Assembly (NCBI GenBank): GCA_963796725.1
Contig: CAWCMT010000005.1
Span: forward strand, 338,950-402,949
Reading direction: 5' to 3'
Length of the DNA: 64,000 nt
DNA from: an uncultured Actinomycetes bacterium
GTDB lineage: Bacteria > Actinomycetota > UBA4738 > HRBIN12
Shown here piece after piece: positions 10,513-19,067 of the stretch; positions within the stretch are counted from its first letter, which is position 1; the number at the start of each line of letters is the position of its first letter. The translations under genes were made by a program, and so were the position numbers. Under the pieces are notes generated by a model. That model made no database searches and had not been told where the DNA came from. It was given only the letters and a program-made list of their open reading frames with translations.

Positions 10513-11691
10513 CTACGTGAGGGCGCCCGCGGGCTTCTCCTTGCGTGGATCCACGAACGGGATCGCGGCCGTGACGCCCTCGAGGTGATCGCCGGTCTCG
10601 GTCACCACGTCCAGGACGTTGCCCGGCTCCGACAGCTCGATCGGCACCCAGACGTAGCCGATGTTCTTCTCCAGTCCGGGCGACCACACCGCGTCGGTGA
10701 GGTGGCCCACCTTCGCGCCGCCGGAAAGTGCATCCCAGGTCCGGGACATCTCGGCCCGCAACTCGTCGCCGCGGAGCTCGATGCCGACCAGCTTGCGGTC
10801 GACCCCCTTGCCGCGGAGCTCCTCCAGCGCGGCCTTGCCGATGTAGTCCTGCTCCTGCTCCTCCACGAGACGCTCCAGGCCCATCACATGGAACGGCGTG
10901 TCGTTCAGCCCGATGTCGGAGTTGTAGTTGAAGATCCCGGCCTCGATGCGGCGGGCCTCGGACGGGGCGATCGGCCGGATGTCGTACTCGGCGCCCGCCG
11001 CCGCCACGGCATCCCACAAGGCGTCGCCCTTGGAGCCGTCGAGGAGGTTGACCTCGAACCCGGGGATCGCCGTCCAGCCGGTGCGGCTGATGACCACGGG
11101 GATGCCGTCGATCGAGAACTCCTCGATCCAGTAGTACTTGATGTCGTAGATCGCGGGACCGACCAGCTTCTCCAACGTCTTGGCGGCCATGGGTCCCTGC
11201 ACCTGCATCGGGTGCACGTCGGGCAGCGTCACCTTCGCGTTCAACCCGCTGGAGGCGGCCACGCCGAGGGCGTAGAGACCGGCATCGGAGTCCGCGAGCT
11301 GCATCCACCAGCGGTTCTCATCGACATGCAAGAGCACCGGGTCGTTCACGATGCCCCCGTCGGGCGCGGTCACCAGCATGTACTTGCCCTGCTTCACGGC
11401 GCACTTCGTGAGATCGCGGCAGGTGATCATGTCGATCAGCCGGTCGGCGTCGGGCCCGCTGACCTCCACGGTCCGCTCGACGCCGACGTCCCAGATGGTC
11501 ACGCCCTCGTTGAGAACGCGGTACTCGAGGTCGGGGTCGTCGTAGTAGGCGGGCAGGTACATGTGGTTGTAGATGTCGTAGGCGGTGCAGCCGGCCCGGC
11601 GGGTGGCGTCGAAGAACGGCGACCGCCGATACCAGGGACCGAAGTAGAGGGTGGCGCTGTTCTCCAGCATCTCGACGCGCTCGTTGGTCAT
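10513..11691 (-). CDS. Aminomethyltransferase family protein (GcvT/DmdA-like), paralogue of 9324..10484
   Basis: RRSPFFDATRRAGCTAYDIYNHMYLP..VTIWDVGVERTVEVSGPDA..DGGIVNDPVLLHVDENRWWMQLADSD. The start was taken at ATG 11691, which has an AAAGGGGA RBS. Confidence 0.85.
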   Translation of the reverse strand: MTNERVEMLENSATLYFGPWYRRSPFFDATRRAGCTAYDIYNHMYLPAYYDDPDLEYRVLNEGVTIWDVGVERTVEVSGPDADRLIDMITCRDLTKCAVKQGKYMLVTAPDGGIVNDPVLLHVDENRWWMQLADSDAGLYALGVAASSGLNAKVTLPDVHPMQVQGPMAAKTLEKLVGPAIYDIKYYWIEEFSIDGIPVVISRTGWTAIPGFEVNLLDGSKGDALWDAVAAAGAEYDIRPIAPSEARRIEAGIFNYNSDIGLNDTPFHVMGLERLVEEQEQDYIGKAALEELRGKGVDRKLVGIELRGDELRAEMSRTWDALSGGAKVGHLTDAVWSPGLEKNIGYVWVPIELSEPGNVLDVVTETGDHLEGVTAAIPFVDPRKEKPAGALT

Positions 11692-11749
11692 GGTTCCCCT
11701 TTCACGTGGAGCGGACCGCTCCAACGTACGCCGAGCGACGCGGAAATTG

Positions 11750-12880
11750 CTAATGGGGCCGCGGGTCGGCCTCGCGGCGGATCACGAACGCCTCGTCGTT
11801 GAACCAGACCGCCCCGTGTCGACGGAGCACCTCCTGCGTCGCCTCCAGATAGGCGCCCGAAGCCGTCGCCGCGGCCAGCCGAGCCTCGTCGATCTGTGCG
11901 ACGTAGACGGCGGCGCTCCACGCCGCCAGCGTGGTCGAGGTCCCGATGTGCTCGGTTCGCGCAGAGGGCATCGCGTGCAGGTCGTAGCGGAACAACGCCT
12001 CGTCGTCGCCCCCCTCCCGGAAGACCAGGTCCGTTCGGTCGCCGAGCTGGCGCCCGGCCTCCGCGAGGATCCGCGCGCGGCCGTCGGGGAACGGATCCTC
12101 CTCGGGCCAGACGCCCCGCACGATCTCCAGCCCTGGATCGTCGCCGTGGCCCTGCACGACGACCATGCGGCCTCCCGACGCCAGGGTCCGGGCGAGGGGC
12201 GCCACCGCGGCGCTCACCTTCCTCCTCAGCGGTGTCTTCGCCCGGTAGACCTGGGAGGCGATCACCAGATCGAAGCCCTCGTCGATACCGTCGCGTGAGG
12301 GGATCAGCGGCCGCAGGACGAACTCGCGATCCCTGCGGTAGAGGACGACGACTGCGGGGTGTTCCGGCACCGGGTTGCCGGTGACCTCGCTGGTCCGAAC
12401 GCGCCAGTCCTGCGCGAGCTGTGGGAACAGCGCTCTGATCTGCTCGAGGTAGGCATGGGTCGTCGTCCCCTCCAGCGCGACCTCGCGCCACACCGGCTCG
12501 CGGGCGGGCTTCAAGGTCCCCACCTCGGCGAACGGCACGTTGGTCACCACGAACACGGTCTCGGGGTGTTCGAAGATCAGGTCCGGGAGCTTCGTGAGTC
12601 CCACGCGCACGTCCTCGATGCTGATCTCCTTCGCGACGGCCCTCAGCGGCACGTGAGGCGAGCGGTCGTGGAAGCGGCGCATGACCCCGGAGAGCACCGA
12701 GGCGTCGCCCATCCCAGCGTCCAGGATGCGGAACCCCGGCGGCGTCGGCTCGACCAGCGCTGACTCGCGTCCGATCCGCTCGGCCACCACGGCCTTCTCG
12801 TTCGTCGTCGTGACGAACAGCAGGTACGCGGCCCGCGAATCGAAGAACCGCTCGGAGCCTTCGCCGGTGCGGGTCGCCAT
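11750..12880 (-). CDS. Hypothetical protein with a class-I methyltransferase-like nucleotide-binding motif
   Basis: 376-aa ORF with good third-position G+C. It contains FRILDAGMGDASVL (motif-I-like) and ..DLVIASQVY... I recognise no specific family. Confidence 0.6.
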   Translation of the reverse strand: MATRTGEGSERFFDSRAAYLLFVTTTNEKAVVAERIGRESALVEPTPPGFRILDAGMGDASVLSGVMRRFHDRSPHVPLRAVAKEISIEDVRVGLTKLPDLIFEHPETVFVVTNVPFAEVGTLKPAREPVWREVALEGTTTHAYLEQIRALFPQLAQDWRVRTSEVTGNPVPEHPAVVVLYRRDREFVLRPLIPSRDGIDEGFDLVIASQVYRAKTPLRRKVSAAVAPLARTLASGGRMVVVQGHGDDPGLEIVRGVWPEEDPFPDGRARILAEAGRQLGDRTDLVFREGGDDEALFRYDLHAMPSARTEHIGTSTTLAAWSAAVYVAQIDEARLAAATASGAYLEATQEVLRRHGAVWFNDEAFVIRREADPRPH

Positions 12881-12922
12881 GCCCTCACGCTAACAGCGAC
12901 CGCCGGAGCTACGCTGCGGCAC

Positions 12923-14335
12923 GTGGGCGACGACCTGTGGCGATCGAGTGCGACGGACCTCGCGCGGCAGCTGCGGATCCGAGAGGTGAGCGCGCGCGAG
13001 GTCCTGGCCGCCCACCTCGAACGGATCGGCGAGACCAACCCGGCGGTCAACGCGATCGTGACGCTGGTTCCCGAGCGGGCAGAGGACGAGGCGCGCGCCG
13101 CCGACGATGCCTCGGCGCGTGGCGGAGACCTCGGCCCGCTCCACGGACTCCCGATCGCCATCAAGGACCTCGTCGACACCGAGGGCATCCGCACCACCTA
13201 TGGCTCGCCCATCTACGCCGAGCACGTCCCGGTCGCCGACGATCTCTCGGTGCGGCGGATCCGCGCCGCCGGGGCGATCGTGATCGGCAAGACGAACACC
13301 CCCGAATGGGGCGCGGGTTCGCACACGTTCAATCCGGTCTTCGGCCTGACGCGGAACCCGTACGACCTCACGCGCTCCGCGGGCGGGTCGTCGGGCGGGG
13401 CCGCGGCCGCGTTGGCGTGTGGGATGGTGCCGCTGGCCGATGGCAGCGACCTGGGCGGGTCGCTGCGCAACCCGGCGTCGTTCTGCAACGTCGTTGGCTT
13501 CCGCCCCTCCCCCGGCCGCGTTCCGTCGTGGCCCTCGAACGACCCGCGCGAGGACATGGCGGTCGACGGTCCGATGGGGCGGTCCGTGGAAGACGCCGCG
13601 TTGCTCCTGTCGGCGACCGCGGGGCCCGATCCACGCGTGCCGATCTCGAGGCCGGAGCCGGGGTCGTCCTTCGCACCTCCGCTGGAGGGGAACGTCGCGG
13701 GCGTCCGAGTGGCCTGGGCGCCCGACTGCGGCGGCAGCATGCCGGTCGAGCCTGCGGTCAGCGATGCGATCGCCGGTGCCCTCGCGATCTTCGAGACGCT
13801 CGGGTGCGAGGTCGAAGCCGCCTACCCCGACCTGAGCGGTGCACGAGACGCGTTCCTGATCCATCGCGCCCACCTCTACGCGTCGGAGCTCGGCGCCGAG
13901 CTCGAGAGGCATCCCGAACTGATGAAGCCCGCGGTCGTATGGAACATCGAGGAGGGACGGAAGCTGACCGTTGCCGACCTCGCGCGGGCCGCGGACCTGC
14001 GCGCCGGGATCGACGCACGGTTGGCGGCCTTCTTCGAACGCTTCGACGTCGTGGCGATGCCTACCGTGCAGGTCCCGCCGTTCCCCGCCGACCTCGAGTA
14101 CCCGACGGCGGTCGCGGGGGTGGAGATGTCGACCTACGTGGACTGGATGGAGAGCTGCTGGGCCATCACGGTCACCGGCCATCCCGCGATCTCCGTCCCC
14201 TGCGGCCTCACGCGTGACGGCCTCCCCGTCGGGATCCAGCTTGTCGGCCGCCGCTGGGATGACATCAGCCTCCTCAGGTTCGCGCACGCGTTCGAGCAGC
14301 TCGCGCACATCGGGGATCGCCGCCCGCAGCTATGA
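12923..14335 (+). CDS. Amidase (amidase-signature family)
   Basis: GPLHGLPIAIKDL..GKTNTPEWGAGSHTFNPVFG..SAGGSSGGAAAALA..GSDLGGSLRNPASFCNVVG contains the Ser-cisSer-Lys signature sequence. Confidence 0.9.
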   Translation: MGDDLWRSSATDLARQLRIREVSAREVLAAHLERIGETNPAVNAIVTLVPERAEDEARAADDASARGGDLGPLHGLPIAIKDLVDTEGIRTTYGSPIYAEHVPVADDLSVRRIRAAGAIVIGKTNTPEWGAGSHTFNPVFGLTRNPYDLTRSAGGSSGGAAAALACGMVPLADGSDLGGSLRNPASFCNVVGFRPSPGRVPSWPSNDPREDMAVDGPMGRSVEDAALLLSATAGPDPRVPISRPEPGSSFAPPLEGNVAGVRVAWAPDCGGSMPVEPAVSDAIAGALAIFETLGCEVEAAYPDLSGARDAFLIHRAHLYASELGAELERHPELMKPAVVWNIEEGRKLTVADLARAADLRAGIDARLAAFFERFDVVAMPTVQVPPFPADLEYPTAVAGVEMSTYVDWMESCWAITVTGHPAISVPCGLTRDGLPVGIQLVGRRWDDISLLRFAHAFEQLAHIGDRRPQL

Positions 14336-14370
14336 GGTGACGCGACATCCCAGCGGGTTCTCCCGTCGGG

Positions 14371-15243
14371 TCAGCAGGGCTGATGCAGGTGATAGCCGGG
14401 GAACCGCGCGATCGCGCGGGCCAAGGTCGCGAAGTGCACCAGGTAGGTCTTCGAGAGGTTGCGCCACCCCGGGTCGTCCGCGCAGTAGATCGTGCCCGCG
14501 CTCGCGTAGCTGGAGGCGTAGTAGCCTCCTGCACCGGACCCGCCACCACCCGAGCCGCCGGGGCCCTGCGAGGTCACCACGTACCGGCGGTAGGCGGCCA
14601 CCCAGTCGCTGGCCTCCTGATGCTGCGCGGCGGCGAGCGACAGCTGGCCGGAGCACACGAGGTCGTGAAGGCGGTTCTCCAGGACATCCTTGGTGCGTGC
14701 GCCCCACCGACCCGCATACGGTTCCGGCCACAGGTTGTCGATCGCGTTGGACCCCCCGAGCTCCAGGGAGATCAGGTGGTCGACCTCGTGCCGGTACGGA
14801 ACCCACGTCACGCCGTAGCGCTCGTACACCCGCGACTTCTCGGCGTCGGGGACGTCACGCACGGACGAGGCGTAGCCCGAGGTGCAGATCTTCGCGACGC
14901 CGACGTGGAGCGCGACACCCGGGGTCAGCGACGGGCGGGGCAGGTCCACGGCCGGAACGCCGTGTGGTCGCGGTGGGGCGGGAAGGGACGGGGTCCACGA
15001 GGGTGTCCAGCTCTCTCCCGCGGGAGGGGACGAGTGCGCGGAGGGCGGGGCGACCTGGCCCTCGGAGGAGACAGGAACGGAGCACGAGACGACGGTCAAC
15101 GCGAGGCCGACCAGGGCCACGAGGGGTCGAGGGAGGGGGGGTGGATGCGCCACGACACCCTCACGGTACGCCTGGCATACGACAGGGCAACCATGCGGAT
15201 CGGGCGCCTCACGACCCTCGGCGCGATCGGCCTCACCCGGCAT
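14371..15243 (-). CDS. Secreted HNH endonuclease-family lipoprotein with a Gly-rich linker and a Cys-containing C-terminal domain
   Basis: The lipobox-like signal is RPLVALVGLALTVVSCS and the HNH core is YRHEVDHLISLELGGSNAIDNLWP. The C-terminus reads YYASSYASAGTIYCADDPGWRNLSKTYLVHFATLARAIARFPGYHLHQPC. An alternative GTG start lies at 15153. Confidence 0.75.
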   Translation of the reverse strand: MPGEADRAEGREAPDPHGCPVVCQAYREGVVAHPPPLPRPLVALVGLALTVVSCSVPVSSEGQVAPPSAHSSPPAGESWTPSWTPSLPAPPRPHGVPAVDLPRPSLTPGVALHVGVAKICTSGYASSVRDVPDAEKSRVYERYGVTWVPYRHEVDHLISLELGGSNAIDNLWPEPYAGRWGARTKDVLENRLHDLVCSGQLSLAAAQHQEASDWVAAYRRYVVTSQGPGGSGGGGSGAGGYYASSYASAGTIYCADDPGWRNLSKTYLVHFATLARAIARFPGYHLHQPC

Positions 15244-15262
15244 CCGCCGCCCCCTCCGACGT

Positions 15263-15276
15263 CGGACCTAGGTCCG
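15263..15276. promoter_or_regulatory. 14-bp perfect palindrome CGGACCTAGGTCCG in a divergent intergenic region
   Basis: Read from the sequence. It lies between the HNH gene (minus) and the 63-aa ORF (plus). Its function is unknown. Confidence 0.3.
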
Positions 15277-15364
15277 GCGGAGCGATAACTAGCGACCTTC
15301 GGCCGCGACGGAACGTGGCCCTACGCCGGTTACCTCGCCCCCCTCACGCGTCTACGCTGCTTCC

Positions 15365-15556
15365 ATGCGTATCGACCGCACCGCAGAAGTGATCTCCATC
15401 CCTACGATCAAGCCGTGGGACAACTCGGGCCTGCGCGACCGACTCGAGGAGCGCCAGGACGCAGAGAGCGTCCTGGCCGAGCTCCACGAGCTCGCGCGCC
15501 AGCGCATGGCGATCGCGGAGGTGACCGGGCGGTCGCACCGCGGCCGCAAGCACTGA
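15365..15556 (+). CDS. Small hypothetical protein (63 aa)
   Basis: The ORF has strongly G/C-biased third positions and no family resemblance. Confidence 0.45.
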   Translation: MRIDRTAEVISIPTIKPWDNSGLRDRLEERQDAESVLAELHELARQRMAIAEVTGRSHRGRKH

Positions 15557-15560
15557 GCCG

Positions 15561-16241
15561 CTAGGTCTCAGCGCCCCTCGAGACGTGCCGCCGGAACCAG
15601 GCTCCTGCCAAGCGCGCGACCTCCTCCAGCGTCCCGGGCTCCTCGAACAGGTGCGTGGCCCCGGGGACGACCGCGAGCTCATGCTCGCACGTGAGACGTT
15701 CCGCCGCCTCCTGGTTCATCTGCAGGACCAGCGGGTCGCGGCCTCCCACGATCAGTAGCGTGGGCGCCTGCACCTGCGGGAGCATCTCGGCGGCCAGGTC
15801 CGGCCGGCCGCCACGTGAGACCACGGCCCGAACCGCCCCCGGCCTCGCCGCGGCCGCGACGAGGGCGGCGGCGGCACCCGTGCTCGCCCCGAACGTGGCC
15901 GCTGGGAGGTCGCCGACGTCGTCGCGCCCCGCCACCGCGTCACCCGCCGCCAACAACCTCCCAGCCAGCAGATCGATGTCGAAGCGGAGCTCCCGCGTCC
16001 GGACATCGATCTCTTCCTCCGTCGCGGTGAGAAGGTCGAACAGGAGGGTGGCGAAGCCCTCCCCGTTCAGGTGCGTGGCCACCATCCGGTTCCGCGGGCT
16101 ATGCCGGCTACTTCCGCTGCCGTGCGCGAACACCACGAGGCCGATCGGTCTCGGCGGCAGCTGGAGATCACCCTCGATGTAGCCTCGGCCGGCCACCACG
16201 TCGGCGACCTCGATCCGGATCGGGTGCTCGATCGCGACCAT
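15561..16241 (-). CDS. Dienelactone hydrolase / alpha-beta hydrolase family protein
   Basis: VVFAHGSGSSRHSPRN..TFGASTGAAAAL (nucleophile elbow)..LLIVGGRDP..GATHLFEEPG. The start was taken at ATG 16241, which has a GGATGGAGG RBS. Confidence 0.85.
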   Translation of the reverse strand: MVAIEHPIRIEVADVVAGRGYIEGDLQLPPRPIGLVVFAHGSGSSRHSPRNRMVATHLNGEGFATLLFDLLTATEEEIDVRTRELRFDIDLLAGRLLAAGDAVAGRDDVGDLPAATFGASTGAAAALVAAAARPGAVRAVVSRGGRPDLAAEMLPQVQAPTLLIVGGRDPLVLQMNQEAAERLTCEHELAVVPGATHLFEEPGTLEEVARLAGAWFRRHVSRGAET

Positions 16242-16291
16242 CGCGCGCCTCCATCCCCACGATACGGCGGCGCGCACGAGGCGCGGCGAGG

Positions 16292-16429
16292 TCAGATGAC
16301 GCCGGCGGGGACCTTTTCGGGATCGGGCGGGGCCGACGCAGGCTCGGAGATCGGGTCGGGCAACGGTTCGGGGACGGGCACGACGACGGGTTCGATCTCG
16401 TGGATCTCCTTGGGCTCACCGATCTTCAC
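16292..16429 (-). CDS. Possible 45-aa proline/glutamate-rich micro-protein
   Basis: GTG 16429 is preceded by GAGAGGA. The product is VKIGEPKEIHEIEPVVVPVPEPLPDPISEPASAPPDPEKVPAGVI. It fits exactly between two genes on the same strand and is below the ORF-track size cut-off. Confidence 0.35.
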   Translation of the reverse strand: MKIGEPKEIHEIEPVVVPVPEPLPDPISEPASAPPDPEKVPAGVI

Positions 16430-16441
16430 GTATCCATCCTC

Positions 16442-17206
16442 TCAGGGAGCCGAGATCCGGTCCAACGCCGCCGCGAACATCCCGAGAGCGCATGCGGCCA
16501 CGAACAGGTAGAGGGCCCCGACCAGCGCGAGCCGCGTGGCCAGGCCCAGGAAGTCCCCGGCTCGATCCACCGCCCAGGCCAAGCGAAGGCGTCCACGCCG
16601 CAGGCTCCGCCCAACGCGTTCGATCGGTACGGGATCGACGGCATAGTTCGCAAGCAGTTCGCTCCGCAGCGCATCCGCGGTGTGACTCGGGGCGGTGGCG
16701 TGGCCGGTCGTCCGCGGGAGATGGCGTTCGCAGCGCGGCAGCAACGCCTCCCCGTCCTGCACCACCCCCACTGGGTCCACCGCGCCGCGGCCGGCGGCGA
16801 GGCACGCGCCGCACACGAGACGGATCCGTGCCGGATAGGCCAGCTCACATCGCGCCCCCAGCACGTGATCCACCACCGTCCCCCACATGGCTACGGTGCC
16901 CACCACACCGGCGTCGTGTTCGAAGACGCCGGAACGCGCGAGCAGCTCGGGGGTCGCGGTCGCGTAGATACCGCAGCGGCACGCCGGGTCGGGGGCGGCG
17001 TGCCGCTCGAACAGGCCGCACCGTGCGTGCATCGCCTCGCGAGGGGGCCAGGCGAGGGAGCGCGTCATGGAGACGAGGGTGAGGACGCCGTCCCTGCGCT
17101 CCAGGCGCCAGGTGCGCCAACCCACGAGCGGATCGGCTGACAGTTGCGGCGTGGGGTGAGGAACGTGAACCAACCCGCCGCCGGCCCGCGCACCCGATAG
17201 GGCCAT
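16442..17206 (-). CDS. Hypothetical Cys/His-rich protein with a C-terminal TM anchor
   Basis: This is the C-terminal 254 codons of ORF 16442..18115. It reads ..GWRTWRLERRDGVLTLVS..HARCGLFERHAAPDPACRCGIYA..VCGACLA..CERH.. and ends in the hydrophobic segment LALVGALYLFVAACALGMFAAAL. Confidence 0.65.
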   Translation of the reverse strand: MALSGARAGGGLVHVPHPTPQLSADPLVGWRTWRLERRDGVLTLVSMTRSLAWPPREAMHARCGLFERHAAPDPACRCGIYATATPELLARSGVFEHDAGVVGTVAMWGTVVDHVLGARCELAYPARIRLVCGACLAAGRGAVDPVGVVQDGEALLPRCERHLPRTTGHATAPSHTADALRSELLANYAVDPVPIERVGRSLRRGRLRLAWAVDRAGDFLGLATRLALVGALYLFVAACALGMFAAALDRISAP

Positions 17207-17377
17207 CCGCGCTCGCCCCTCCTCTCCACGACCGAGCCCGCCGAGGCGCCCAGTATGCTCCGGTCCGGGCGAGCGGACCAGCCGCTCGTGCGTCGGATGC
17301 CGGTCACCGTGGCATGATGCCGCAACGACGATGACGCGCCGGGCACCGGCGCCGCATCCACGAGGGGGGATAAGCAG

Positions 17378-17989
17378 ATGGCGAGATTGTTCTCGATCAG
17401 GCCGACGCTGAGCATGCGGGGCCGGCGGTTCATGGGGATCCGGGGTCTCACCGGGAAGCCGACCCACCCGCCGCTCACCGACTTCCCGGTCGTCTGCTAC
17501 GTGCTCGCCGCACTCTTCGACCTGATCTCCTACTTCTCGTCCGCGAACGACCCGAAGGCGCAGGACTTCTTCGCCGCCGCGACCTTCGTGATGGTTGCCG
17601 GGTTCGTGGTGGGGCTGGGCGCCGTGCTCACGGGGTTCATGGATTGGTGGAAGGGCATCCCCCGCGACCGCAAGTCGGGCCCGATCGGCAAGGCCAAGCA
17701 CACCCAGGTATGGCGCACGATCAACTTCCACGGCTCGGTGATGCTGACGGTGACCGTGCTGACCCTGGTCGACCTCGCGTTGCGGATCCCGGGGTGGGAC
17801 GACGCGCAGACGCAGCTGAGCTGGCTCGCGCTCTCGGTCGTGGCGGCGGGGCTGGTGACGCTGGGTGCGGCCTACGGCGGCACGCTGGTGTTCGAGTACG
17901 GATTCAACGTGGACATGGTGGACGAGGCCTGGAACGTCTCCGAAGAGGACCACATCAGGCCGGAGCGGAAGAAGCGCTCGACGGGCTAG
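17378..17989 (+). CDS. DUF2231-like membrane protein
   Basis: GKPTHPPLTDFPVVCYVLAALFDL.. begins a four-TM layout typical of DUF2231. Confidence 0.75.
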   Translation: MARLFSIRPTLSMRGRRFMGIRGLTGKPTHPPLTDFPVVCYVLAALFDLISYFSSANDPKAQDFFAAATFVMVAGFVVGLGAVLTGFMDWWKGIPRDRKSGPIGKAKHTQVWRTINFHGSVMLTVTVLTLVDLALRIPGWDDAQTQLSWLALSVVAAGLVTLGAAYGGTLVFEYGFNVDMVDEAWNVSEEDHIRPERKKRSTG

Positions 17990-18011
17990 CGGATCTGGCG
18001 GACCGCGACGA

Positions 18012-18449
18012 TCACTCGGGCGAGGGCGTGCCCTCGGCGGCCGCCGGGGCCGCCTCGCTCCCGTGATGGTGCGGCAGGCGCTGCTTCTGCACGTCGTTGA
18101 ACCAGCCGACCCCACCGACGATCAGCACGATCACACCTATGCCCAGCACCCACCGGATGCCGACGGCGCCGATCACCACGAAGATGAACGAGATCGAGAT
18201 CACGAACGGCCAGATCGTCCCGGTGACCTCCGCCTCCTCGATCTCCTCGGCCTCACCCTTCTCCTGCTCGTGGGCGAACCGCTTCTCCGTGTGCCGGAGC
18301 GCGAGACCGATGTAGAGCGCAGCGATGGCGCAGGTCCACAGCAGCACGTAGCCCTGACGCGCGATGGACCACGCCGTCACCGCGAGCACGGTGCCGGCGA
18401 GCGCCAGGAAGATCGCGAGCCCGAACGACAACCGGATCGAGAACTTCAT
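18012..18449 (-). CDS. ctaF: Cytochrome c oxidase subunit IV-like small membrane protein
   Basis: ATG 18449 has a GGAGG RBS. The product has four predicted TM helices and sits directly after ctaE. Confidence 0.7.
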   Translation of the reverse strand: MKFSIRLSFGLAIFLALAGTVLAVTAWSIARQGYVLLWTCAIAALYIGLALRHTEKRFAHEQEKGEAEEIEEAEVTGTIWPFVISISFIFVVIGAVGIRWVLGIGVIVLIVGGVGWFNDVQKQRLPHHHGSEAAPAAAEGTPSPE

Positions 18450-18471
18450 CGGCGACCTCCGTCCACGCCGC

Positions 18472-19067
18472 TCACCTGGGCACCGCGACGTAGAAGACGA
18501 TGAACAGCAGGACCCACACGATATCGACGAAGTCCCAGTAGATCGCGGCCGCTTGGAGCGTCTCGTGCTTCGCCCACTGCGTCTCGACGGTTCATCGACT
18601 GGGCACCCACCAACGCGAGCAGGAGTACGCCGCCGATCACGTGGGCCATGTGCAGGCCCGTCATCACGTAGAACAGGGACGGGTAGATGCCGTCCTTGAT
18701 CCCGAACTCCAGCTTCGAGTAGTCGTAGGCCTGCAGGCCCAGGAAGACGACACCCATGAGGATCGTGAGAGCGATCAAGCAACTGGGCCTGCTTGATGTT
18801 CCCCTTGCGCGCCGCCCGCACCCCGAACTGGATCACGAAGCTGCTCAGGACCAAGATCGTGGTCAGGATCGCCGGGATCGTGATCTCCGGGGGCGTGATG
18901 TAGTTCGGCGGCCATACGGGCCGCGACGCGCGGATCGAGAAGTACGCCGCGAAGAAGGCTGCGAAGAACATCGCCTCGCCGGCCACGAACAGGACCATCC
19001 CCATGACCGGGCTGCTCGTGCCGGCGATGGGTCGCTCGAGCGTCATCGGCTGATCGGTGGCGCTCAT
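18472..19067 (-). pseudogene. ctaE: Cytochrome c oxidase subunit III; two frame breaks (~18780, ~18590)
   Basis: MSATDQPMTLERPIAGTSSPVMGMVLFVAGEAMFFAAFFAAYF.. is in frame 1. IALTILMGVVFLGLQAYDYSKLEF..LFYVMTGLHMAHVIGG is in ORF 18446..18778. ..VETQWAKHETLQAAAIYWDFVDIVWVLLFIVFYVAVPR is in the third frame and ends at TGA 18472-18474. Confidence 0.85.

Noticed and set aside
12890-15392. Long ORFs 12890..14308 (minus), 12937..14217 (plus) and 13971..15392 (plus)
   Set aside because: These are alternative-frame or antisense shadows of the amidase and HNH genes. They consist of Arg/Pro/Gly runs with no motifs.
17309-17318. GTGGCATGAT upstream of the DUF2231 gene, which shares 10 nt with the left flank of motif copy a (46675-46684)
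   Set aside because: It lacks the GATAACCTGC core. It could be an extended -10-like promoter element. The evidence is too weak to add it to the regulon.
17207-18115. N-terminal 303 codons of the 557-aa ORF 16442..18115
   Set aside because: This part is antisense to the DUF2231 gene and to the ctaF end and has low-complexity Arg/Pro content. Only the C-terminal 254 codons (from ATG 17206) look like a real protein.
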